A stretch of DNA of 64,000 nucleotides, from NCBI GenBank assembly GCA_965207375.1, contig OZ242274.1, forward strand, positions 608,001-672,000, in the 5' to 3' direction. Source of the DNA: Nitrosopumilaceae archaeon (GTDB lineage Archaea; Thermoproteota; Nitrososphaeria; Nitrososphaerales; Nitrosopumilaceae). How positions within the stretch are numbered: the first letter of the stretch is position 1; each line of letters starts with the position of its first letter. Below, piece by piece: positions 1 to 8,440 of the stretch. Both the position numbers and the translations under genes were made by a program. The notes under the pieces were generated by a model. The model was not told where the DNA came from. It saw only the letters and a program-made list of their open reading frames with translations, and ran no database searches.

Positions 1-1
1 C

Positions 2-592
2 ATCTGTGCATTTCAAACAAGAAACCCTCCCCATGTTGCCCATGAAATGCTTCAAAAAACCTCAATTACTACGCGCGATGGCGTCTTTGTTAATCCATTA
101 ATCGGAAAGAAAAAATCAGGCGACTTTGCAGATGAGGTAATTATCAAGGCATATGAAACTATGATTGCAAATTATTATCCCAAAAACAGATGTCAGCTTG
201 CAACTCTACATACCGAAATGAGATATGCTGGCCCCAAAGAGGCGATTCATCACGCCATAATGAGACAAAACTATGGCTGTACCCATATTATTATTGGAAG
301 AGACCATGCAGGTGTTGGAAACTATTATGATCCGTTTGCTGCACACAAAATTTTCGATGACTATGCAGACTTGGAAATATCCCCCGTATTTTTTCCGGCC
401 TTTTTTTACTGTACAAAATGCCTTACCTTTACAAATCCAAAGGCATGTCCACACGGAGATGACTCTCGTGAACAAATCAGCGGCACAAAACTTCGTCAAA
501 TGATTCAAAATGGAGAGGCTCCATCAGAATTTATTCTTAGGCCCGAGGTTGCCAAAGTAATCATTGACTTTCCAAAACCGTTTGTAGACTAG
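2..592 (+). CDS. sat: Sulfate adenylyltransferase (5'-truncated by window edge)
   Basis: Frame open from base 2: [25 protein letters not shown] and ISGT motifs of ATP sulfurylase. Confidence 0.95.
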   Translation: MCAFQTRNPPHVAHEMLQKTSITTRDGVFVNPLIGKKKSGDFADEVIIKAYETMIANYYPKNRCQLATLHTEMRYAGPKEAIHHAIMRQNYGCTHIIIGRDHAGVGNYYDPFAAHKIFDDYADLEISPVFFPAFFYCTKCLTFTNPKACPHGDDSREQISGTKLRQMIQNGEAPSEFILRPEVAKVIIDFPKPFVD

Positions 593-660
593 TGTTATAA
601 CTCTAATTTCATGCGTAATTTTGTATGTTTGAAAGAGTTTGGGCAGGGTTACAACACTAG
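589..660. repeat. Short inverted-repeat element bounded by CTAG on both sides (mini-MITE or hairpin)
   Basis: CTAG-TGTTATAACTCT (589-604) versus AGGGTTACAACA-CTAG (645-660), 14/16 inverted match. Confidence 0.4.
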
Positions 661-797
661 AGACATCAATACACCTAAACGGCAAAAACGTATGGGCGTT
701 TCTGTTTTCATGTGTGATGACGTGGAGAAATACCGGATTAAATCATCTGGTATAGATGGTAAAATACCTTAGATTGGGAAAACTATGTTAACACTTA
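660..797 (+). mobile_element. Internally deleted IS66 remnant with right TIR
   Basis: 660-699 is identical to 4236-4275 of the IS66 transposase; 700-797 is a diverged copy of about 4817-4915 ending in GTTAACACTTA. Confidence 0.85.
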
Positions 798-1232
798 TGG
801 AATTTTTAGAATCTCTTTTGCTTTTGTAACAAAAATGTCTGCCTTTTCTACTAATTTTTTTCCTTGGGTTTCAGATATTGTCCCTACTCTGTCATACAAT
901 GATTCATTTCTGCGCAATCTTGCCTTTCTAAAGTATTGTATAACGTCTTGCGATATTTTTGTAGAGTATACAACTTCAATAAATGATATTACTGCCACAT
1001 GATGCTCTTGACTTTTTGGTCTGTATCCTTTTGAGAACATTAATGCCCGACCTGCTTGTAGCATTGCATTGTAGGCAGCGTTGTGAGCCCATCCCCACTC
1101 TTTAATCTTTAACATCTTTTTAGCAGAAGCGACATCCTTTGATGCAATCATTATCTCGTTTTTGATCTGCGCAATGTCGGCAGATTCAAATTTTTCAACT
1201 AAATTCTTTTTTAATAGATCGCTTAAATTCAT
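795..1232 (-). CDS. HEPN domain protein (MNT-HEPN pair)
   Basis: AYNAMLQAGRAL helix, K-S-x-x-H and R-x4-Y (RNESLY) motifs; overlaps the upstream MNT gene; start taken at MNLSD. Confidence 0.8.
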   Translation of the reverse strand: MNLSDLLKKNLVEKFESADIAQIKNEIMIASKDVASAKKMLKIKEWGWAHNAAYNAMLQAGRALMFSKGYRPKSQEHHVAVISFIEVVYSTKISQDVIQYFRKARLRRNESLYDRVGTISETQGKKLVEKADIFVTKAKEILKIP

Positions 1233-1797
1233 TCTTATCTCCAACTATCATTATTACAGGAGTCTTTAAGATCTCCTTTAGCAAAGGGATTTTTTCATTC
1301 GATTTTTTCTTAAACTCTTTTTCAGTCCATGTTGAAATGTTAATCTCACATCCAATTTTCTTTTCAATTTTTGCAATTGAGTTTAATAATGAATCCTCAT
1401 CCACACTGTCTCCAATTATCAACATATCGACATCGCTTGTTGCCATTTCTGTGCCTTTTGCCACTGAGCCATATATCGCAGCGTACTTGATCTCTTTTTT
1501 GTCCCCTTCGAGTCCCTTACGTATCACCTGCCCTATACTTTCAGTCTTGAGAAATATTCTTTTGAGGTCCTCCCAAATTGGTGAAGCTCTCTCAAGTCTA
1601 TACAAGACCATGTTTCCCTCCTTTCTACTTTTTAAGAGTCCCAATGACTGTAGATTTTTGAGCTCTTTTTGTACATAAATGGGAGATATTTCCACAATTC
1701 TTGATAACTTTCGTATATGATATTGTGCATCAGGGTTCAGCAAGATCTGCTCTAGGATCTTTACTCTTGCCTTTGATGTGAAGAGTTTTTCTAGCAT
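1195..1797 (-). CDS. Winged HTH-minimal nucleotidyltransferase (MNT) fusion antitoxin
   Basis: N-terminal wHTH; YGSVAKG...SDVD Pol-beta NTase motif. Confidence 0.85.
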   Translation of the reverse strand: MLEKLFTSKARVKILEQILLNPDAQYHIRKLSRIVEISPIYVQKELKNLQSLGLLKSRKEGNMVLYRLERASPIWEDLKRIFLKTESIGQVIRKGLEGDKKEIKYAAIYGSVAKGTEMATSDVDMLIIGDSVDEDSLLNSIAKIEKKIGCEINISTWTEKEFKKKSNEKIPLLKEILKTPVIMIVGDKNEFKRSIKKEFS

Positions 1798-1800
1798 ATA

Positions 1801-1831
1801 TGTATACTAAATATATACAAACGTAAATAAA
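1801..1831 (-). promoter_or_regulatory. Putative promoter/operator of the MNT-HEPN operon
   Basis: TGTATA-N7-TATACA inverted repeat (1801-1819) just upstream of the ATG at 1797; TTTATTTA TATA-like box on the minus strand at about 1824-1831. Confidence 0.35.
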
Positions 1832-2047
1832 AAGTTTACAATAAAATTTCTAGTATCTAAATCGTTTTGGTAAAGCAACAGCGATGCACTGAATACAATC
1901 TTTTGCTCTCTTCTGTCCAACAAGAGTGGGCAATCTAGACTGGATATAAACAGGTAAAACCCATACGTCCGTATACTAGAATCCTTGTAAGTGTTTACGT
2001 CGTGAACACATGATAACCACCCCTGCGCTGTACTAGTGATGAATCGA

Positions 2048-2144
2048 CCCCTGATTAGGTATGGGCTATGCGCCCTTGGTCGTGAATGGGGCAATCCGAG
2101 CTGCTGTGTAATTGGGCTACGCGCCCTGATAGATGTGTGCAGCT
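2048..2144 (+). ncRNA. Predicted bridge/seek RNA core of IS110 element A (target and donor loops)
   Basis: Two loops closed by CCCC/GGGG and AGCTGC/GCAGCT, each with a GGGC-TAYGC-GCCC hairpin flanked by segments matching target and donor junctions; transcript ends unknown. Confidence 0.75.
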
Positions 2145-2185
2145 TCCGATCCGTCAAAACATCCGTAAGGAGGTGAAAAGAAAGG

Positions 2186-3277
2186 ATGAAAACATACATT
2201 GGAATAGACATTGGAAAGAAAAAGTGTGACGTATGCGTCATAAATGGTACAGGACGAGTACTTGAGACCTGTCAGTATATGAACACGGTAGCAGATGCTA
2301 AAAAGTTTGCAGAAACCATGGCACGAAAATACACGGGAAATAAAAAAACATGCAGTGCTGCATGTGAAACTACAGGCAACATGTGGAATGTTACCTATGC
2401 TAAATTTGAGGCAGCAGGTATACCAATCAAGCTTGCAAATACGTACAAGATGGCCATAATTGCCAAGACTGGTAAAAAGACAGACAAGGTGGATGCACAA
2501 AAGATAGCACAGGTATTACGAATGGATATGATTCCAGAATGTTATGTACCAAAACCGGACATACGAGGAATACGTGCAATGATACGACAGCATATCAAGA
2601 TAGTACATGATAGGACACGAGTGATAAACAGAGTACGCAGTCTTTTAGACAGACATGATGTCTCAATTGATACAGTACAAGTATATGCAGTAAAGACAAT
2701 GCAGTATCTAGAGTCTGTATCTCTTGATGAAATACATGATGAAATAATTCTGCAGCAATATGTCCGACAGATCAGACATCTGACCGAAGAGTTGACCAAA
2801 ATGAATGATTACATAGAACAAGAGGCAGCAAACAACGAGTATGCCAAACTATTGACAAGCATGACAGGGATGGGAACATATACTTCATTGTTGCTAGCAG
2901 TCGAAATTGCAGACATTTCAAGATTTGATAATCCAAAGAAACTTGTTGCATGGGCAGGTCTGTGTCCTACCATACACCAGTCAGGAGATCAAAAATATCT
3001 TGGAAGGATGAAGAAACTAGACACCAACAGTATAGTGAATTGGGCAATGTGCGAGGCAGCAAATGTGGCAGTAACACATGACCCTAGGATGAAATCAATA
3101 TACGAATCTGCAAAAAGGCGACATGCAGACAAGCATGCACTTGCAGTTGTTGTAGTTGCAAACAAGATGATAACAATATCATGGCACATTCTGAACACAA
3201 AGACACCATATTCGTCACACAATACAAGATTGTATCAGCGCAAGCTTGCTAAATTGGAAAAGGCACGTCAGAAATGA
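2186..3277 (+). CDS. IS110-family DEDD recombinase/transposase
   Basis: GIDIGK, ACET and KTDKVDA (DEDD) plus GLCPTIHQSG serine motif; GGAGGTG SD-like sequence upstream. Confidence 0.95.
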   Translation: MKTYIGIDIGKKKCDVCVINGTGRVLETCQYMNTVADAKKFAETMARKYTGNKKTCSAACETTGNMWNVTYAKFEAAGIPIKLANTYKMAIIAKTGKKTDKVDAQKIAQVLRMDMIPECYVPKPDIRGIRAMIRQHIKIVHDRTRVINRVRSLLDRHDVSIDTVQVYAVKTMQYLESVSLDEIHDEIILQQYVRQIRHLTEELTKMNDYIEQEAANNEYAKLLTSMTGMGTYTSLLLAVEIADISRFDNPKKLVAWAGLCPTIHQSGDQKYLGRMKKLDTNSIVNWAMCEAANVAVTHDPRMKSIYESAKRRHADKHALAVVVVANKMITISWHILNTKTPYSSHNTRLYQRKLAKLEKARQK

Positions 3278-3479
3278 TTTGTACCTGTCAAATCCGGTAT
3301 TAAGCTTGCTAGCGTTAGCTATAAATGATATACTAAATAATTAGGCACGGAACGGAAACGCAATAGGGATACATCAAGGTACGCGCCGGGGTGGTTAACA
3401 TAGATGCCTAGATTTTGACCATTTACGATCAAATTTTTGGCAACATGATCTAAATGAGGTCAAATAGCCAAACCATACA

Positions 3480-4889
3480 TTGACAGATTTCAAAAAACTC
3501 TACAAAGCCGAACGAACTAAGAATCTAAAACTCGAACAGATGATGGAGTTGAAAGATGCCATGATCCAAAAAAAAGATGACAACGAAAAAAAACTAAAAG
3601 ATCTAGTAAAGGAGTTAGAAAACAACATACACAATTTGAAAACTATTGCCACTGATCTTAATAAAAAACTCCAATTTTATGATAACGCACACACTCCACC
3701 ATCACGCAAGATGCCAGAAAAGAAGAAAACTGATAATAAAAACAAGGATAAAAACAAGAAAACAACAGGTGAGCGAGGAGCACCAAAGGGACACAAAGGT
3801 GCAACAAGCAAGCCAAAACCTACAAAATTCAAACAACACACGCCAGCAAAATGTCCAGAGTGTGGCTCAAAAGATCTTAAAATTATCAAAACACAGATAC
3901 GTGACATTACAGAAGTACCGCCACAGGTACAACCTGAAACAACACGTCATCATGTAGATTTGTGCTCATGCAAAAACTGTGGCAAAAAAGACATAATCCC
4001 AGAGACTGATTTTCCTACAAAAGGCAATTATGGCAACAATATAGTAACACAGGCAGTAGCAAATTATATCGACAGACTACCTCATCGCAGAAACGCAGAA
4101 GCACTGACCTTGAGGGGAATCAAAATATCTCCAGCTTCTGCACACAACATAATAACCATGGTTGGTGCGTGCCTAACGGCACCCACAAAACAACTCCTAA
4201 AGGCAATCAGGGCTGCAGTCCTGTTACACATAGATGAGACATCAATACACCTAAACGGCAAAAACGTATGGGCGTGGGTATTTTACATTCCAGGTACAAA
4301 TACTGCACTGTATGTGGTACGGCCTAGCAGGGGAAGAGACGTACTCGAAGAGATACTAGGAGATGACTGGAAGGGAACAATCATCTGTGACGGACACAAA
4401 CCGTACATGGTATATGATATCCAGAGATGTTGGGCTCACATCATGCGTGAGATGCACCACGAGACACAAAAATGTGGATGTAAAAAATGTCTGGGTGCAC
4501 AAGAGGCTCTCAAGAAAATATATGAAGATGCAAAAGATACCATAACTGCACGTATCTCGTATAAACGGCGCAAAAAAATACGGCGCAATCTGTATCGTCG
4601 TGTAAAGAGAATTATTAACACATACACTCCATTGCACAATCTCAAAAGATTCATGGGAAAGCTGGGACGAGCCCTACCAAACCTGTTCAGGTTTGTGCTG
4701 GATCCTACCATACCTCCTACCAACAATACAGCAGAACGTGCACTGCGTGAGATTGTTGTACACAGAAAAATACGTGGTGGAATCAGATCCGAAAAAAGCA
4801 TGGAGACATTGGGCAATTTGTTTTCATGTGTGATGACTTGGAGAAATGCTGGATTAAATTATCTAGAAGAGATGGCAAAATACCTCTAG
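3480..4889 (+). CDS. tnpC: IS66 transposase TnpC
   Basis: Coiled coil, CPECG...CKNC zinc finger, HIDET / ICDG / QRCWAH / NNTAERALR motifs. Confidence 0.93.
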   Translation: MTDFKKLYKAERTKNLKLEQMMELKDAMIQKKDDNEKKLKDLVKELENNIHNLKTIATDLNKKLQFYDNAHTPPSRKMPEKKKTDNKNKDKNKKTTGERGAPKGHKGATSKPKPTKFKQHTPAKCPECGSKDLKIIKTQIRDITEVPPQVQPETTRHHVDLCSCKNCGKKDIIPETDFPTKGNYGNNIVTQAVANYIDRLPHRRNAEALTLRGIKISPASAHNIITMVGACLTAPTKQLLKAIRAAVLLHIDETSIHLNGKNVWAWVFYIPGTNTALYVVRPSRGRDVLEEILGDDWKGTIICDGHKPYMVYDIQRCWAHIMREMHHETQKCGCKKCLGAQEALKKIYEDAKDTITARISYKRRKKIRRNLYRRVKRIINTYTPLHNLKRFMGKLGRALPNLFRFVLDPTIPPTNNTAERALREIVVHRKIRGGIRSEKSMETLGNLFSCVMTWRNAGLNYLEEMAKYL

Positions 4890-4968
4890 AGACGTAAAAA
4901 CCACGTTAACACTTACAAAATAACTATTGTAGACTAGGTATTTATTCACGCCTGCAAAATACGGTGTT

Positions 4969-5637
4969 GTGAAGTATTACGTCACAATTTTCGTCCTTAC
5001 AATGTTAGTATGCGTGCCCGGATTTGCCCAAGAAATCAATCCCTCGTTGAATATAATCCCCGTTGAAATTCCAGCTGACGCATTTAATGTGGTTGCAAGA
5101 GATTCTGTCATTGTATCACTTGATGAGTTACAGCAAACAAGCTGGCAGGTCACCTTGGATAACGATCTTTTATATTCAAATCCGCAAGGTAATGCAGTAA
5201 TTCGATTATACGACAATGATAGACAAGACACCTTTATTGAAGTAGGAATGGGCAGTCCCCCTCAATACTCTTTTTGGGTTGCAGTACAGCTGCCAGAGGA
5301 AGGCTATGTTCCAATTTATAATGATTTGGAGCGGGGATGGAGCACCTCATCAAAAACAATCGTATCTTATACTGACAGGGCAGGCCTTACTGTCAACAAC
5401 GGGGCAAGAATTGTAGTTACCAATTTGGACATTGACGTTTTTGCAATCGACAGTTATTCGGTACACGGAAAACAAAGCTCAACTGATCCCCCAGCAATAA
5501 ATTCTGGCATTTATAGTGCCGAGTTTTTGTCAGGCGATCCATCTCAAAATATTTTCAGCCTATATCCATTCATTTTGGCTGCAGCTATAGGAATCCTAGT
5601 AGGTGTCTTGTTTTTAACTAAGAAACGCTCCTCTTAA
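4969..5637 (+). CDS. Hypothetical exported protein with C-terminal membrane anchor
   Basis: Signal-peptide-like N-terminus; C-terminal hydrophobic helix followed by KKR. Confidence 0.7.
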   Translation: MKYYVTIFVLTMLVCVPGFAQEINPSLNIIPVEIPADAFNVVARDSVIVSLDELQQTSWQVTLDNDLLYSNPQGNAVIRLYDNDRQDTFIEVGMGSPPQYSFWVAVQLPEEGYVPIYNDLERGWSTSSKTIVSYTDRAGLTVNNGARIVVTNLDIDVFAIDSYSVHGKQSSTDPPAINSGIYSAEFLSGDPSQNIFSLYPFILAAAIGILVGVLFLTKKRSS

Positions 5638-6268
5638 AATAACTACAGTTTTTGCTTATTTTGCAGACATCACACATCGGTGAGACAGGCTTGCATATGT
5701 TTTGTCCATACATTACAAATGTATCGTTGATATCGATCCAGAACTTTTTAGGAATCTTTTTCATCAACGCCTGCTCTGTATCCTCGGGATTTTTTGTTTT
5801 GACTAGTCCCAATCGGTTAGAAATTCTATGTACGTGAATGTCAACTGGAATGGCAGGTTTTTCAAACGCATAAACTAGCACGCAGTTTGCAGTCTTTCTT
5901 CCCACGCCGGGAAGTTGTATCAATTTTTCAAGATTTTCAGGCACCACTCCGTTATATTGGGTGTGAATTACTCTTGCAACCTCTATGATTCTTTTAGATT
6001 TTACGTGATAAAAGCCAATTGCCCTAATTACCCTTTCAACATCTTTTATTTTGGCAGCCGCCAAATCCTTTGCGGTGGGATATCGTTTGAACAGCTCCTT
6101 TACAACCTTGGTAGTGCTTTCATCTCTAGTTCTTGCAGAAAGAATGGTTCCTATCAAAATACTAAACGGGCCGCCGGTTTCAGCCTCGTGCAGCTCTCTT
6201 AGTGCCGTCATTCTTGGCGGTTTTACAGAATTCATAGTCTTGTGCATTCCATCAAGAATCCGTTTCAT
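5618..6268 (-). CDS. nth: Endonuclease III
   Basis: HhH LPGVGRKTAN, VDIHV and C-x6-C-x2-C-x5-C FeS motif. Confidence 0.95.
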   Translation of the reverse strand: MKRILDGMHKTMNSVKPPRMTALRELHEAETGGPFSILIGTILSARTRDESTTKVVKELFKRYPTAKDLAAAKIKDVERVIRAIGFYHVKSKRIIEVARVIHTQYNGVVPENLEKLIQLPGVGRKTANCVLVYAFEKPAIPVDIHVHRISNRLGLVKTKNPEDTEQALMKKIPKKFWIDINDTFVMYGQNICKPVSPMCDVCKISKNCSYFKRSVS

Positions 6269-6307
6269 ATTTCAAAAACCAACCATACAAGTATTATATC
6301 TGTCACT

Positions 6308-7480
6308 ATGAGTTGTTGCGTGGAATTAACCAAACAAGAACAGGCCGCACTAAACGGCAAGTATGGTCAAGTCCAGCAACTAGCTTATAGAATTTTAGCT
6401 GCCACAGGCGAGGCAACTGACGCTGAAAGATTAATTCCAATTAAATGGGCACATCTTTCTGGCGTAAATTACAACACAATCGGTGATGCAGGAGAAGAAT
6501 TCCTCTCTAACTTGAGCAAAAACCCAGACGCACGTGTCAGGGTCAGAACAACTCTGAACCCCATGGGATTTGACAATGATACAGTTTCAGATTACAATCT
6601 AGATGAAAATTTCATCTCAAAACAGCTCAGTATCCGGGACTCTTATGAAACAATGGGAGTAATTCCATCCTTTTCGTGTATTCCGTATGAAATATTTGAC
6701 ATTCCAAAGGCTGGAACGCAGGTTGCCTTTGCAGAAAGCAACGCAGCCATTTATGCAAACTCTTTTGATAATCTAAAAACAAACAAGGAAAGCGCCTTTA
6801 GTGCATTGGCAAGCGCATTGACCGGAAAAAGTCCGTATTCTGCACTACGAAAAAATGACACTTCAGACATTACAATACAGATGAGGGTGAAAAATCCAGA
6901 CGAGCTTGCATATGGAATGTTGGGATTTTTTGCAGGCAAGGTAGGAAACAACTCTGTGACAATTTCTGGCGTATCTGATATGGATCGACGAAGCTGTAAA
7001 TCGATGTGCGGCGGCATGGGAACCTCTGGAACGTGCGCAAAATTTGAATTTGGAGCAGGCTCTGCTGATTCTGAAAAGATTGATTTTGACCAAAAGGAGA
7101 TGCAAAATGTCTACGATGAGCTAAATACTGCAGAAAAAGGCGACATCATAACACTAGGTAGTCCACAGCTTGGATTAGAAGAAATGCATGACCTGTCTTC
7201 CATGTTGCAAGGCAGATCATTTTCTAAAAACTGTCTCATCTTTTGCCCCAGATCCGTGCAGGAGCAGGCCACGCATCTAGGATATACCAATGAAATTAGA
7301 CGTGCAGGAGGTCAAATACTGTCTGACTGTTGTACGTGCTTGACCCCGTTAATTGATCCTGACAAAATTGATGCAGTTACGACCAACAGTATCAAGGGAG
7401 GCTATTATCTAAAAAACTCAACCGGGGTAGATGTAAATCTCAAACCGCTGTCACAAATTATCAAAGAAGAAACAAAATGA
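6308..7480 (+). CDS. Aconitase X catalytic subunit (DUF521; probable phosphomevalonate dehydratase large subunit)
   Basis: TTLNP, SCIPY, AESNA, GSPQ, DCC and TNS.K motifs; start adjusted to 6308. Confidence 0.8.
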   Translation: MSCCVELTKQEQAALNGKYGQVQQLAYRILAATGEATDAERLIPIKWAHLSGVNYNTIGDAGEEFLSNLSKNPDARVRVRTTLNPMGFDNDTVSDYNLDENFISKQLSIRDSYETMGVIPSFSCIPYEIFDIPKAGTQVAFAESNAAIYANSFDNLKTNKESAFSALASALTGKSPYSALRKNDTSDITIQMRVKNPDELAYGMLGFFAGKVGNNSVTISGVSDMDRRSCKSMCGGMGTSGTCAKFEFGAGSADSEKIDFDQKEMQNVYDELNTAEKGDIITLGSPQLGLEEMHDLSSMLQGRSFSKNCLIFCPRSVQEQATHLGYTNEIRRAGGQILSDCCTCLTPLIDPDKIDAVTTNSIKGGYYLKNSTGVDVNLKPLSQIIKEETK

Positions 7481-7860
7481 AGGTAATTGTAAAGGGATGC
7501 GCAACGGATAAAATCCTCAAATCAGATAAACCAATTAATTTTCTTGGAACCGTTGACAAAAAAACAGGTCACATACAAGACAAAACGCACCCGTTATACG
7601 GCAAATCCGTCAAGGATTCTGTTCTTGTCTTTCCTTACGGTGTGGGTAGCAGTGTGGGTGCATATACCATATACTCACTAAAATCTAACGGCTGTGCACC
7701 TTCGGCGATGATCTGCAAAAAGGCAGATCTTACCGTTGCAACAGGATGTGCACTAGCAGACATCCCCCTAGTTCTGATAGGTGATGATGACTTTACCGGA
7801 TTAAATCCGGGACAATGTGTCAAAATAAATACAGAGTTAAAATCTATAATTCTTGTCTGA
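7477..7860 (+). CDS. Aconitase X swivel subunit (DUF126)
   Basis: FLG.VD..TG and FPYGVGSSVG motifs; ATGA overlap with the large subunit. Confidence 0.85.
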   Translation: MKVIVKGCATDKILKSDKPINFLGTVDKKTGHIQDKTHPLYGKSVKDSVLVFPYGVGSSVGAYTIYSLKSNGCAPSAMICKKADLTVATGCALADIPLVLIGDDDFTGLNPGQCVKINTELKSIILV

Positions 7861-8440
7861 TTTGCCCGTTTGGGCTAGTTTCTGCAAAAATGACTCCTTG
7901 AAATTTTAGTATCTCTGTATCTGCATCCTTCCAGCAATCTTTTTGCAGTCCTGACTTTTTGCAGGTATGCTCCAAAAACTCAACCGCGCTCCAATTATAT
8001 TTCACAGGCACCTGTGGTAGCAACAATCCGGAATTAAATCCATTTCTTACAACTAGTCCGTCCCTGCTCACTCTGATTTGATCCAGATATTGTTGGGCTT
8101 TTTCGACTTGAATTATCTTGGGTTCTGATAGTATGGTTACCTCAAAGGTAATCTCATCTAACTCTTCAATGCTAACTGTGGGAAATCTAGGATCACTTGT
8201 AGCTGCAGAAATTGCTGCCTCCTTTAGAGCAGAAGACAGGACTTTATCAGGAAATGGATATCCGATGCATCCTCTGAGACTGTTGTTTTTGTTCAGTGTG
8301 ACAAATACTCCAGAGGGATGTGCAAATTTTTCTAAAAATTCCTTGTTTTGTGATACAGTTTCAGATTTTGTCAAAAAATCCACTACTGATTTTCTTGCCT
8401 GCTTTACAAGCATTGCACCGTCCTCACTTGATACCTTCAT
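7844..8440 (-). CDS. AMMECR1 domain protein
   Basis: GVFVTL, LRGCIG, DPRF and GLLLPQV motifs. Confidence 0.92.
   Translation of the reverse strand: MKVSSEDGAMLVKQARKSVVDFLTKSETVSQNKEFLEKFAHPSGVFVTLNKNNSLRGCIGYPFPDKVLSSALKEAAISAATSDPRFPTVSIEELDEITFEVTILSEPKIIQVEKAQQYLDQIRVSRDGLVVRNGFNSGLLLPQVPVKYNWSAVEFLEHTCKKSGLQKDCWKDADTEILKFQGVIFAETSPNGQIRQEL

Larger units (their letters stand above)
2005..3404 (+). mobile_element. IS110-family (IS1111-like) element A, core TG duplicated at 2003-2004 and 3405-3406
   Basis: Sub-terminal IRs 2011-2028 and 3383-3400 (16/18); removing the element restores GTCGTG-CCTAGATTTT, as in MITE copies at 11565 and 15762. Confidence 0.88.
1987..4916 (+). mobile_element. 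IS66-family element (single-ORF, ISBst12-like) carrying a nested IS110
   Basis: Left end GTAAGTGTTTACGT and right end ACGTTAACACTTAC (13/14 inverted); TnpC ORF inside; no matching 8-bp TSD seen. Confidence 0.88.

Noticed and set aside
2063-2126. Repeated GGGCTAYGCGCCCT (and GGGCATYRAATCCC at 17461 and 17524) as a mini-CRISPR array
   Set aside because: Only two short copies each and no cas genes; better explained as the inner hairpins of bridge-RNA loops
1807-2500. Minus-strand ORFs 1807-2241 and 2117-2500, and many other short ORFs antisense to clear genes
   Set aside because: They cross element boundaries or shadow well-supported CDSs and show no recognisable motifs
1979-4924. 8-bp TSD for the full IS66
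   Set aside because: Flanks GAATCCTT and AAAATAAC do not match
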